From Octopus sinensis (taxonomy: Eukaryota): a DNA stretch of 64,000 nt. Below the pieces are notes generated by a model. That model did not search any database, was not told the DNA's origin, and worked only from the letters and a program-made list of their open reading frames with translations. The translations under genes and the position numbers were made by a program. The stretch covers positions 82,398,001-82,462,000 of the forward strand of contig NC_043001.1 in the NCBI RefSeq assembly GCF_006345805.1. Reading direction: 5' to 3'. This document shows positions 52,130 through 63,904 of this stretch, piece by piece (positions within the stretch are counted from its first letter, which is position 1; each line of letters begins with the position of its first letter).

Positions 52130-52492
52130 CTTGATCACCTTGACCGACCAGTCCGTCAGGCGTCCATTTGACACCGCTGGTCACAGCACACTGTCCACTC
52201 CTCTCTGGATCGCGCCTTTCTCATCCACGTGATCCCAATCGTCCTCCTGAAATCGTAACTCCACCGTCGTGGAGGTCTTCCGGGTGGTCTTTTCCGCTCA
52301 CGCGGGTACCACTCAACAACTGAAGAACTACAGCACAATGAACCATATATTTACTCTAACGCAACTGCTTGAGCTAGCAAATGAGTACAAGCTGCCTCTT
52401 TGCGTTGTGTTTATAGATTATGAGAAGGCCTTCGATTGCGTCGAAACCAACGCAGTGCTGAACTCACTGCAGAGGCAAGGAATCGAAGCGGT
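52126..52492. mobile_element. RTE-clade LINE fragment with internal inversion (3' end on minus 52126-52321; RT segment on plus 52322-52492)
   Basis: Minus: VVEWYPRERKRPPGRPPRRW..DFRRTIGITWMRKARSREEW...* plus (GGTGATCAA)n tail. Plus: KNYSTMNHIFTLTQLLELANEYKLPLCVVFIDYEKAFDCVE (RT FIDYEKAFD motif). Confidence 0.88.
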
Positions 52493-52493
52493 A

Positions 52494-52560
<67 letters not shown>

Positions 52561-52563
<3 letters not shown>

Positions 52564-53135
52564 TAAATAATTAGGGTTCAGCAAAGATTTGCTTTACCAC
52601 ATAGCGAAATTTAGAAATAGCAGCCAAAAAACGTTAGCTATTTCTTCTGCTTTAAAAAGGGACTCCCAGAAAAACCAAAATATTTGAAAACAATCCACAC
52701 AGGCAGAGAGGAAGAAGTAACGAAAATCAATCAATATCTGGTCACCTATGGAAGCGCGTTTCGGAATTAGGTTGGAATGAAGAATATAAAATTATACTTT
52801 ACCAACCGTTTTCCTCTTCAGCATAGGACCTCATCAATAATTAAATATTGAAATATTAAATTCGAAGGTACTGGAATAAATGAACATGTTTCTCCACCTA
52901 ACGGTATCAGACAGATAATATTCGGTGTTAGTACCGCCGAATTCAAAACATGAATGAGGTTCAATTACCCTCCCCTGCCCGTCCTCGTGTGTCTACAAGT
53001 AAGTTACTGAACCCTAATTATTTAATATTACTTAAGTTTTCCATGAAATGGTCCTTTTTTCATGCCGAATTCTACTTGGTGAAATAATCGATTACTTCTT
53101 AATTAATTAATTTTACCTTTTGTTATTACTATATA
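52561..53135 (-). mobile_element. TA-flanked Penelope-like element carrying a hammerhead motif
   Basis: Terminal ACTAAATAATTAGGGTTCAGCAA is inverted at 53006-53035. 53035-53130 is homologous (reverse complement) to 63910-64000. Hammerhead at 52745-52827. Confidence 0.6.
52745..52827 (-). ncRNA. Type I hammerhead ribozyme motif
   Basis: Minus strand CCTATG CTGAAGA GGAA aac GGTTGG (26 nt) CCAACC taa TTCC GAAA CGCGCTTC CATAGG: perfect 6-bp stem I, intact core, two-part stem II; stem III has one mismatch. Confidence 0.7.
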
Positions 53136-53374
53136 TATATACATATACATATGTGTGAGTGTGTGTGTGTGTATGTTTGTGTGTCTGTGTTTGTTCCCCC
53201 AACATCGCTTGACAACCGATGCTAGTGTGTTTATAATAATAATAATAATAAAAGCGAATGTCTGTGTCTGTGTGTCACACTTTTTCAATTTTGCTTCTCC
53301 GACCCCATCTCTCACTTTTCATTGACACTTGTAACAGTACCAAGCAATTTAACTATAACACGTGCTTCGTTATT

Positions 53375-54030
53375 TTCGGAACTGAAATACGTATTGAACT
53401 CACGCTCTCATACAATGTTACTGCTCATAACTCTCTACCATAAAAATGTAGGAAATAGTATTTTTTCAGATATTAATAAAATGTGTCTGACCTATTTTCA
53501 TACCCTCGGCCGTCGGAACTATGGAAACCTAGCGCACTCCGACTGCATGAATTCGACTTATTTTACTAGAAAATAGATTCGACTTACTTTATTAAAAAAT
53601 ACTAATTCTACTCTCTAAAACAGTTTCTTTCTTAATCCTAACATTTTGAAAATAATCTGTCTCTAAATATTATAACTGTATCAAGTAATTTAACCATAAC
53701 ACTACTCTCAAAATTGATTTTTTTCTTAATCCTAACATTCTGAAAAACTATTTCTCAAAATATTATAACTATTTCCAAAAGTAATTTCCAAAATAAACAT
53801 TTTGAAAATATCGCTTTCTGAATATTATAATTGTATCAAGTTATAACAAATGCTTCATAACGTTCGGAACTGAAATACTCTCTCATACAATATTACCTCT
53901 CATAACTCTCTACCATAAAAATGTTGGAAACTTAGTATTTTTTCAGATATTAATAAAATTTGTCGGACCTATTTTCATGCCATTGGCCGTCGGAGCTATG
54001 GAAACTTAGCGCACTCCGACTGCATGAATA
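53375..54030. repeat. About 180-bp diverged direct repeats (53375-53557, 53863-54030) around shorter internal repeats
   Basis: TTCGGAACTGAAATAC...CTCATAACTCTCTACCATAAAAATG...GGCCGTCGGA.CTATGGAAAC.TAGCGCACTCCGACTGCATGAAT twice, period about 488. Confidence 0.8.
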
Positions 54031-54630
54031 TACATTCGACCAATTTTATTATTATCATAAAAGATACTAAAAAAATACTGAATTTCAAGCATTTTTATGG
54101 TCAAATACATTAAGAGGACTTCCAAACGACAAAAATCGCACTTTAAAATAGTGTTTAGCAACAGTGGTGTAATTTTCCTTCAAACTACGAACAGGAGTTT
54201 AGATACGTCCCAGCTACTACAAATAATTGTTTGTACGAAAAGTAAGTGCCCTACGTACATCAAATTGTCTCGAAATTAAGGTAAGTTTATTGATGCCTGC
54301 GGCCAGCCTTATGTGGGTTGTTCAAGGATATAGAATGGAAACAAGCTATTTGTACTGACCTTGAATGGGAAGACAAAAAATGTTATCATGCAGCTTCGTA
54401 ATAACTTCCAAGTCGACAAATTATATCATTGTTTTGATGAAAATTGTTCATTGCTTGAAAAATGATGGTCAAGTTTAATAAAATTTAATATCTTCACTTA
54501 TTCGTTCGGGAATTTCGTTGACTGCCTAGGATTTGCGTTTTCATTTTCCTCTAATTTGTATTATTTCGTACACACAAGCACACACACACACACACTCATA
54601 CACAGTGACACACACATACACACACACAAA

Positions 54631-54846
54631 CGAGAGGTTACTAGAAGGTTCCTGGCTTAAAGGTGTTGCGAAAGGCCAGGCTGGAGGGCCAACCTTCCAA
54701 GTACTTTTAGAGGGCATAGAAAAACTGAAGGACAGTTGCAATAAGTGTGTGAATCTGAGAGGGGAATATGTTGAAAAAAATAATCATTCAGTCGTCCTCC
54801 TGTATATTCTCTCACCCAAAGCCAGGCATTTTTCAACAATCCATCG
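54631..54846 (+). mobile_element. Mariner-derived MITE, copy 2
   Basis: TIRs CGAGAGGTTACTAGAAGGTTCCTGGCTT / AAGCCAGGCATTTTTCAACAATCCATCG|TA; retains transposase C-terminus EGIEKLKDSCNKCVNLRGEYVEK. Confidence 0.8.
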
Positions 54847-55276
54847 TATTAGATATTGCTAAATGAAATCTTACGTTTCTTTGTCGTTAGACTTGTGACT
54901 TTTTAACCCCTATTCTCAGTTCTAATTGTAAGTTTTGCCATTCGACATTAATCCTGTCGGTTACAGGATTAATAAAAAATATTCACTAAAGTTGTCTTTT
55001 ATTTACTGTTTGGTTTATTTTCCTTCATTTCTGAAAAAATTACGTTATGTAAGTTATTGCTTTACAGGAGTTCCATCGAAGGTAAATACGTGATACCTGT
55101 TTATTATTTTATTGATCGATACATGGCCTGTAGTTAAACTTCATTTTACTACCACAACTCTGCATTTAAAGTTGCATAATGTTGGGGTTTAGGCACAGAT
55201 TTGAACTTACCACTAATTGTATGTGCTTATCATACCTCATTTGACATGAAATTGCCTATGTGTGTGTGTATTTGTT

Positions 55277-55358
<82 letters not shown>

Positions 55359-56174
55359 TACACCCCCCATATATATATAAATATATATATATGCATGTAT
55401 GTATGTATATATGTCTATATGTATATCACTCTATCAGCTTACCTATCTCTTTATTTAGATTTACAAATACGTGTGTGTGTGTGTGTGTGTACGTACATGT
55501 ACGTGCGTGCATGCGCGTGTTTTTTGTGTCTGTGTGTATGCTTGTGTAGGTATATAAATATGCGTATGTATGATTTATAATCTTCTCCGTTTCTCATACT
55601 CGTTGATTTAGTGAAAAAAAAAATCTTTTTTATTCTGAATGCCTAGAACATTCGGTCATGTGAGTATAGTGTTCATGTATGCAAAAATACATTCCTGCAT
55701 GTATTTCAATATTAACAAAATTCTCTCAAAACACACGTTCTGCCACCGAAGGTGATTCTAAACCAAGAACTATTAAATTATCATGATATATTTTATAGAA
55801 ATGAAATCCTTAATAATCACGGAAAATTCAAGTCTCAAATATAGAAAAAGAGAATTTCGATGCCTTGACAAATGTATTAGCTTGTTTCTTTGTTTTGAAC
55901 TTTTCCTTTCATAGAATAAGATATATCAAGATTATCATTGTTTGTGAGGGATCTTCCTGCTTATTTATTTGTTTATTTGTCTATTTATTTATTTCATTTT
56001 CAACTGTATTCTATCTCAAACAAATTTTTCGTCAAAGCAGGAGGAAGAAAATCAATATGGAGCTCCAATTATGTTTCGGCATTGCCAATTTGTTGGAATA
56101 TCAGGAGGAATTCTAAGTTGAGAATAAATACGTGACAAAAAAAAAAACCAACGACAACAACAGCAACAACAGTA

Positions 56175-56605
56175 ACAATAAGCTTGTTTCCCAACCACGT
56201 GGTTTTGGGTTCAGCCCCACAGCCTGATAGCTTGGATAAGTGTCTTTTAGTATAGCCTTGGACTGACCAAAGCATTGTGAGTGAACTTGGTTGACGAAAA
56301 CTAAAAGAAGCCCGTCGTATGTGTACGTCTGCGCGTGTATATGTATTTGCGCACCTGTGTGAACGTGGATTTCTGGGGGGTTGCGCCTCCTCCCTCCCCA
56401 CTACTGCTTGATAACTGGTGTTGGTGTGTCTAAGTTCCCTTAGCGGCTCGGCAAAAGAGACGATGGAATAAGTACCAGTACTTTAAAAACATAAGTACTA
56501 GGTTCGATTCATTCGATTAAAAAAATTCTTCAAGGCGGTGCCCCAGCATGGCCGCAGTCTAATGACTGAAACAAGTAAAGAGAAAAGATAAAAAGATAAA
56601 AGATA
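56175..56605 (+). mobile_element. SINE family B copy
   Basis: AAGCTTGTTTCCCAACCACGTGG...AAAGAAGCCCGTCGTA...CTTAGCGGCTCGGCAAAAGAG...AAGGCGGTGCCCCAGCATGGCCGCAGTC...(AAAAGAT)n. Confidence 0.88.
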
Positions 56606-56614
56606 AAAAATCTA

Positions 56615-57450
56615 TCCTACTATAGGCGCAAGTCCTGAAATTTGGGGGGAGGAAGCTAGTCGATTTTATCGACCCCAATAGTCAACTAGTATTTATTTTA
56701 TCGACCCTGAAAGGACGAAAGACAAAGTCGACCTCGGCAGAATTTTAATCCACAGTACAATGACGGACGAAATGCCGATAAGCTTTTTGCCCGGCATGCT
56801 AATGATTCTACCAACTCGTTGCCTCAATAATAATAATCCTTTCTACTATAGGCGCAAGGTCTGAAATTTGAAGGGAGTAGACTAGTCGATTACATTGACC
56901 CCAGTGTGTAACTGGTACTATTTAATCGACCGAAAGGATGAAAGACAAAGTCGACCTCGGCAGAATTTTAATCCACAGTACAATGACGGACGAAATGCCG
57001 ATAAGCTTTTTGCCCGGCATGCTAATGATTCTACCAACTCGTTGCCTCAATAATAATAATCCTTTCTACTATAGGCGCAAGGTCTGAAATTTGAAGGGAG
57101 TAGACTAGTCGATTACATTGACCCCAGTGTGTAACTGGTACTATTTAATTGACCGGAAAGGATGAAAGACAAAATCAACCTCGGCGGGATTTGAAATCCG
57201 CTAATCATTTTGTCCGACGTGCTAACGATTCTGCCAGCTCGTCACCTTCCTGCTAAATGTACAATGCCTGACATTTTTTAGTGGGGGGAACTAGTTGATT
57301 ACATCAACCCAGTGCTCAACTGGTATTTATTTCATCGACTCCGAAAGGATGATAGGCAAAGCCTACCTCATCAGAATTTGAACTCAGAATATAGAGACCG
57401 ATGAAATGTCACCAAGCATTTTGTCTGGTGTGCTAACCATTCTGTAACCC
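56615..57450 (-). mobile_element. Tandem array of four family A SINEs, including an exact 223-bp duplication
   Basis: 56718-56940 is repeated at 56941-57163 with shared private variants (AGAATTTTAATCCACAGTACAATGACGG). Confidence 0.88.
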
Positions 57451-57850
57451 GTGGCATTTACAAAGTTTAGGAAACACGATATTCTATGATTTGATCTCCG
57501 TCCTCCCTGCAAATTAACTCGCAACCTAAATTATTCTTTAATATTTTCAGTTCCAACTTCACACCCCAACATAAGTACTACTCCATCTTTAATCAATCCA
57601 CCATTAAACTTTCTTGTTCAACCACACCAAAGCTAGTGGGTGTGGGGATTAATTATTGCTACTTCGAATAGACGTAAGCTCAGATCTCCACAACAGAGCC
57701 TCGAGAATCGCCGTCTGAGCATTTCTTATAACTACATTAATAATAACAGTAAGGTCACGGGTCTCTTTACATCTAGCTTTCACAAATGCCCAGAACACCA
57801 TCGATGTCCCTTGCAATGGCAACACCAAAGCCAGTGACTAATGTTTACGG

Positions 57851-58143
57851 TAGTGGTTAACATCCATGGTTTATATGACCTCTAGGTGTCCATGTAAGAT
57901 ATTTGGGGGGCCACGCAGTCAAAATGTTAAATTGGAGATCCACAGTAGTATTTTAAGGGGCCATGAAAAAAAAATTTGCATAGATCATCCTACCTAAGTC
58001 ATTGTGTGCCAAACAAAATAGGAATTTAGAAAAGAGCGTCTATAAAACTAGTTTTCAAACATCGAATGTCTATGGGAGTCCACCAGAATAGAAGAGTAAT
58101 CAAAGGAGCCCATAAGCTAAAACAAAACGGTAGAGAACTTTTG
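57851..58143. mobile_element. hAT (Charlie-like) MITE with imperfect 8-bp TSD
   Basis: Ends TAGTGGTT... / ...AGAGAACTTTTG; flanks GTTTACGG (57843-57850) and GTTTAAAG (58144-58151); internal homology to the 62177-62831 copy. Confidence 0.6.
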
Positions 58144-58524
58144 GTTTAAAGAATACGAACCAACACAATTCTCTTAACCCTAACACCCCTAATGGCCCTA
58201 CAACTGTATATCCGATTATAAAGTGTCCAGTGGAGAATACTACTATCGACTATCATGGTTCCGGCTATAGTGATATAACTAACAATAAATCCAGAGTAAA
58301 TACCATTAACCCCAACTGTAATAAACTGGGTGCACCTATTTATATTAGCCATAAGCCTGATTTCTATCAGCCTAATTATACTAACTCTCCCCATCTTAAT
58401 AATAGTGGCGTTAATGCTCCTGGCTCCATCAGCAGGACTTCTCCATTAAAGCGAAATTTGAACCTCGGATCCGAAATGAGTTTGAACAAGTGCCTGTCGC
58501 TATGTTGTAACTCTATATTATAAT

Positions 58525-58739
58525 CTTTTCTACTCTAGGTACAAAGCCCGAAATTTTGGGGGAGGGGGCCAGTTGATTAGACTGACCCCAGTACGCAACT
58601 GGTACTTAATTTGTCGACCCCTAAAGGATGAAAGGCAAAGTCGAGCTCGGGTGGAATTTGAACGCAGAACGCAAAGACAGATGAAATACCGCTAAGCATT
58701 TTGCCCGGCGTGCTAGCACTTCTGCCAGCTCGCTGCCTT
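58525..58739 (-). mobile_element. Family A SINE with 10-bp TSD
   Basis: Full head-to-tail copy; ATATTATAAT at 58515-58524 and 58740-58749. Confidence 0.9.
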
Positions 58740-58789
58740 ATATTATAATGTAAAATCCATGGTTCATAATGGGCTTTTAAAAATTGTTG

Positions 58790-59335
58790 ATTCCTTTTAA
58801 TTCTGGTATTTATTTTATCAATCTGTTTTGCCGAACCGTTAAGTTTCAAGGACGTAAGCAAACCAATACTAGTTTACAAGCGGGGTAGGGGTGTGGGGAC
58901 AAACATAAACACAAAGGCACACACACACACATATGAAGGGGTGTCCCTGGCTTTGGGTAAAAGAAAATACAGGAGGATCAGTTAATTATGATTTTATTGA
59001 ACATATTCCTCTCTTAAATTCTCACGCTTATAACACAGCAGTACTTCAGTTTTTCTAAGCCCTGTAAAAGAACTCGGAAGGATAGGCTTCCAATCAGACA
59101 TTTCGCGATGCCCTTAAAGCCGGGAACTTATGGACATCCCGTTGTGTAAATATATACATATATATACACACACTAAGGGCTTCGACACAGTTTTCGTCAA
59201 CCAAATTCACTCAAAAGGAATTGGTGAGCTGGGGGGTATAATAAAAGACACTTGTCGAAGGTGCTACACAATGGATCTGAACCCGAACCCACGAGGCTGC
59301 AAAGCGAGTTTCTTAACCACGCAACTATGCCTTGC
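58790..59335 (-). mobile_element. SINE family B copy interrupted by mariner MITE copy 3 (58934-59142)
   Basis: Tail TTTTGCCGAACCGTTAAG..GGACAAACATAAACACA at 58790-58920; MITE CCTGGCTTTGGGTAAAAGAAAATACAGGAGG..AAAGCCGGGAACTT; head AAGACACTTG..CTGAACCC..CTTAACCAC at 59170-59335. Confidence 0.75.
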
Positions 59336-60299
59336 GCTTGTAGAAAGTCTAACATTTATTAATGTCTTTTTGTAAAGTATTAACGAAATAAGGAATGTCT
59401 TGCTGGAGGATATAATTTAATAAACGTTTCTCAGTGAGTTGTTACGTGGTGAGGTTACTAAACAGAAACAGTTTTAAAGCTCAGCTGATTTATGAATCTC
59501 AGCCAAGTACAATGTACTTGTTGTATTTGTTTAATTAATGATCAAATGCAGAGAAGTGAGACGTGCTATTTAGCTAAACCTATTTATCGTCTTTGTCAAT
59601 AGATGCTTCACCAAGTGAAACTACTCTTGTCAGAGTAGAACGCTTAATAAATTAGCTAAAATATTTCATGTTCTTGATCAGCAGGATTGTCCTTGGTTAA
59701 ATAGAAGATCAAGATTAATTTGTCATTCAGAATATTAACGATTTAATATGAATATTATCCAGCTGTGTTCCGTCACACTATAATCATTAGGCCATATCTG
59801 TGAGTTGCTGGTTGTTTAGCTCCAGATCACTCACGAACGAGCAGATCTAGCGTTATCAGCGTTCCAGGCGTGACCATCATGTTTTTTAGGTGTATGGAAA
59901 TAATCTTTTCTTTATTTTAATAGGCCGGGTGTGGGTTGAAGATGATACGAGTGATATTTCTTACAAATGAGTAGGACACATTGGTGTCGAGGATTGTATC
60001 TTGTCGAAAACACTAGGTCGAGATATAAAAATGATTTACGGTAGACATTAAATCCGTTCCCTCAACGTTCCAGATATGTCAATTATTCTTCCAAAAGTGG
60101 ATAATACAAATACCAAGAATATACTAAGGGACCATAGAATGGGTTATATTATTCCACTATTGAAAAATATGACTTTGTGCCTAGTTAGAGCGAATGATTA
60201 TGACAAACTCTTTGATTTTTGCCGTCATCATTATCATCATCATCTACGCCATAAACAAAGTTACATCGGTGAGAATGTGTGAAGGTGCATCCACATTTT

Positions 60300-60555
<256 letters not shown>

Positions 60556-60780
60556 GCTAAGGTGTGGCTGTGTGGTAGGAAGCTTGCTTCCCAACCACAT
60601 GGTTCCAGGTTCAGTCTCACTGCGTGGCAACTTGGGCAAGTGACTTCTACTACAGCCTGGGGCCGACCAATGCATTCTGAGTGGATTTGGTAGAGAGAAA
60701 CTGAAAGAAGCCCGTCGTAAATATATATGTGTGTGTGCATGTGCGTTTTTGTGTCCATGTTTGTTCCCCACAATCACTTG
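60556..60780 (+). mobile_element. SINE family B copy truncated at a telomeric repeat
   Basis: GGTGTGGCTGTGTGGTAGGAAGCTTGC head through GTTCCCCACAATCACTTG, then TTAGGG repeats instead of the usual ACAACCG. Confidence 0.88.
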
Positions 60781-60842
60781 TTAGGGTTAGGGTTAGGGTT
60801 GGGTTAAGGTTGGGGTTAGGGTTAGGGTTACGGTTACGGTTA
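60780..60842 (+). repeat. Interstitial telomeric-type repeat (TTAGGG)n, degenerate, about 10 units
   Basis: GTTAGGGTTAGGGTTAGGGTTGGGTTAAGGTTGGGGTTAGGGTTAGGGTTACGGTTACGGTT. Confidence 0.85.
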
Positions 60843-61674
60843 CATTGTTCAATTAAATGGAATCGCATGAAGCGATCGTACTGCATTACCTCTGGATATC
60901 CTTGTTGCTTATTTTGATTATAATCGCCCCATTTTGAATTATAGGGATAATACCATACCAAATTCTGGTGCCTTTAACTTAAGTACCATATTCAACTGAA
61001 TCTAAATTTTTACTGAACCTATATATATATATATATATATTCTCATGTGTTCTCTTATTTACAATGTACGTTTCTAGTTCTGGTTGATACAAAACAGAAA
61101 ATTGGAAACACAGATCACTATCTTACATATCACATTTGAAGAATACAAGAGAACAAGGATTCCGTTTTAAAAAGCAAGAAAGATGGAAAGGTTTCTATTA
61201 TAATACAAGCGTAAATTAGATTGGTAAAATCAGCTTCACCTCACTATGCATGCATGTATATATATGTATGTATATATGTATGTATCTATGTATGTATCTA
61301 TGTATGTATGTTAGTTATAGGAGCTAAAGAAAGCCCAAATCTACACCGATATAACATAACTAATAATTAGTAGTAAAATTCCGAACCTGTGACAATTTAT
61401 AGAAGATTTCAACATTACAGAGTTCTCTGTTTTGTTGTACATTCAATATGAGTATTGTTGTTTTAGTATTTTATTTTTTAATATTTCTTTTAATCATTTT
61501 TTTATTGTTTTCTCTGACCAATATTGATACGATTAATAGCATCGTACCCAAACATCTATTTATCGACTACATATAAACACACACACACACACACACACAC
61601 ATGTGTGTGTACATATATATACACATATATACATATATATATTATATATACATATATATATGAATATATATATG

Positions 61675-61776
<102 letters not shown>

Positions 61777-61808
61777 ATCTGTGTATGCCCGTATATATAT
61801 TTGGGTAG

Positions 61809-61859
<51 letters not shown>

Positions 61860-62176
61860 AAATAAAGATGATTGAATTCAAAAATCCACAAATATTTTTG
61901 ACTGTACAACGCTAGCTGACTCTAACTTCATTGTTCTCGCAGCGGTTACTCAGGAATATATATCATTTCAATGCAGAAAGTTTCCAAATCATATTAAAGA
62001 CATACACCTTAGAATATAGCTTCTGCTACAGAAAGGATACATCTTCTAGCTTGGTTATAGAGGTTTAAATCTAGAAAGTTATCGATTTTGATCATTAATA
62101 GGGGCAGAAATATGGATTTATTTATTATCTTATTGTTTAATTTATTTTTAAAGGCACCGTCTCGAAGGGTTTAGAC

Positions 62177-62831
62177 CAAAGGTTCTCAATTATTTGTTAT
62201 CTATTTTATTTGAAGCATTATTTGATTTAACACAAGGCGGCGAGCTGGCAGAAACGTTAGCACGCAGGGCGACAATGCCAAGCCGTATTTCGTCTGCCGT
62301 TACGTTCTGAGTTCAAATCCCGCCGAGGTCGACTTTGCCTTTCATCCTTTCGGAGTCGTTAAATTAAGTACCAGTTACGCTCTAGGGTCGATGTAATCGA
62401 CTTAATCCGTTTGTCTGTCCTCTCTGTGTTTAGCCCCTTGTAGGTAGTAAAGAAATAGGTATCTCGTCTGTCTTTACGTTCGAAGTTCAATTTTCTCTGA
62501 GGTCGACTTTGCCTTTTTGGGTGATAAATTAAATACCAATGCGTATTGAGGTCGATCGAATCGACTGGCCTCCTCCCCCCAAATTAGGGCCCTGTGCCTA
62601 GAGTAGAAAATAATTACTTTTTATCTATGGACTCCTGGTTACTATTTTGTTCTGGTGGACTATCAAACTTCCTGTTTTGTTTTTCACACATTTACGTGTG
62701 TAAATTGAACTATGTAAAGCATCTAAGGCAAATTTTTTCAGTGATCTTTAAAATACTATTTTGTTGCGTGGACCCCAAAAATATTGTATGAACCGTCAGG
62801 GGCTATATTGACCCCGGTTGAGAATCACAGT
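62177..62831. mobile_element. hAT-type MITE containing a nested SINE A dimer
   Basis: Ends CAAAGGTTCTCAA / GGTTGAGAATCAC; ATGGACTCCTGGTTACTATTTTGTTCTGGTGGACT is homologous to the reverse complement of 58075-58115. Confidence 0.55.
62234..62610 (+). mobile_element. Family A SINE with Tx1-type tail followed by a headless older family A copy
   Basis: AAGGCGGCGAGCTGGCAGAAACGTTAGC head ... CTGTGTTTAGCCCCTTGTAGGTAGTAAAGAAATA|GGTATCTCGTCTG ... GGCCCTGTGCCTAGAGTAGAAAA tail. Confidence 0.88.
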
Positions 62832-62984
62832 GTTTGCTCTATCGTGCAATTTTGCCGCACACCTTACTTACAGGAACTTAAACAAAGCAGTCCCAGTTGT
62901 CCGCGAGAGTGGCGACTTTCACAAAATGCACAATGACACACACAGACACTTCTGTGTGTATGTGCGTGTGTGAGTGTGTGTGTA

Positions 62985-63760
62985 TCTTTTATCTTTCATT
63001 TTTACTTGTTTCAGTCATTTGACTGTGGCCATGCTGGAGCACCGCCTTTAGTCGAGCAAATCTACCCCAGGACTTATTCTTTGTGAACCTAGTACTTATT
63101 CTATCGGTCTCTTTTGCCGAACCGCTAAGTTAATGGGACGTAACACATCAGCATCGGTTGTCAAGCGATGTTCGTGGGGACAAACACAGACACACAAACG
63201 TATACACAGGCACATACATATATATATATACATATATACGAGGGGCTTCTTTCAGTTTCCGTCTACAATATTCAATCACAAGGCTTTGGTCGGCCCGAGC
63301 CCTAGTAGAAGACACTTGCCCAAGGTGCCACGCTGTGGGACTGAACCCAGAACCATGTGGTTGGTAAGCAAACTACTTACCACACAGCCACTCCAACGCC
63401 TTGAAGAATTTCAGCCGAATAAATCGACCCAGGGTCTTATTTCTCTTTTTTAAGCATTGTACTTATTCTTTCAGGCACTTTTACCGAGCTGCTAAGTTAT
63501 GGGGCCGTACACACCAACACCGGATGTCAAGCGGTGGTGGTGGACAAACAGAATCAAGAGATAGATACACACACACACACACACATACATGTATATATAC
63601 GACAGGGGACAAACACACAAACATATATATACATATACATATATACGACGGGCTTCTTTCAGTTTCCGTCTACCAAATCCATTCACAAGTATTTGGTCGG
63701 CCCGAGGCTATAGGAGAAAACTCTTGCCGAAGTTGCCACACAGTGGGACAGAACCATGTC
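62985..63760 (-). mobile_element. Two adjacent family B SINEs (about 62985-63395 and 63400-63760)
   Basis: First copy near full-length (TTTACTTGTTTCAGTCATTTGACTGTGGCCATGCTGG ... CTTACCACACAGCCACTCC); second lacks a clear head. Confidence 0.88.
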
Positions 63761-63767
63761 TTTGAAG

Positions 63768-63838
<71 letters not shown>

Positions 63839-63846
63839 ATATATAT

Positions 63847-63901
<55 letters not shown>

Positions 63902-63904
63902 TTA

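Noticed and set aside
56615-57450. Regularly spaced repeats superficially like a CRISPR array
   Set aside because: Units are 200+ bp SINEs in eukaryotic DNA; no short repeat-spacer structure or cas genes.
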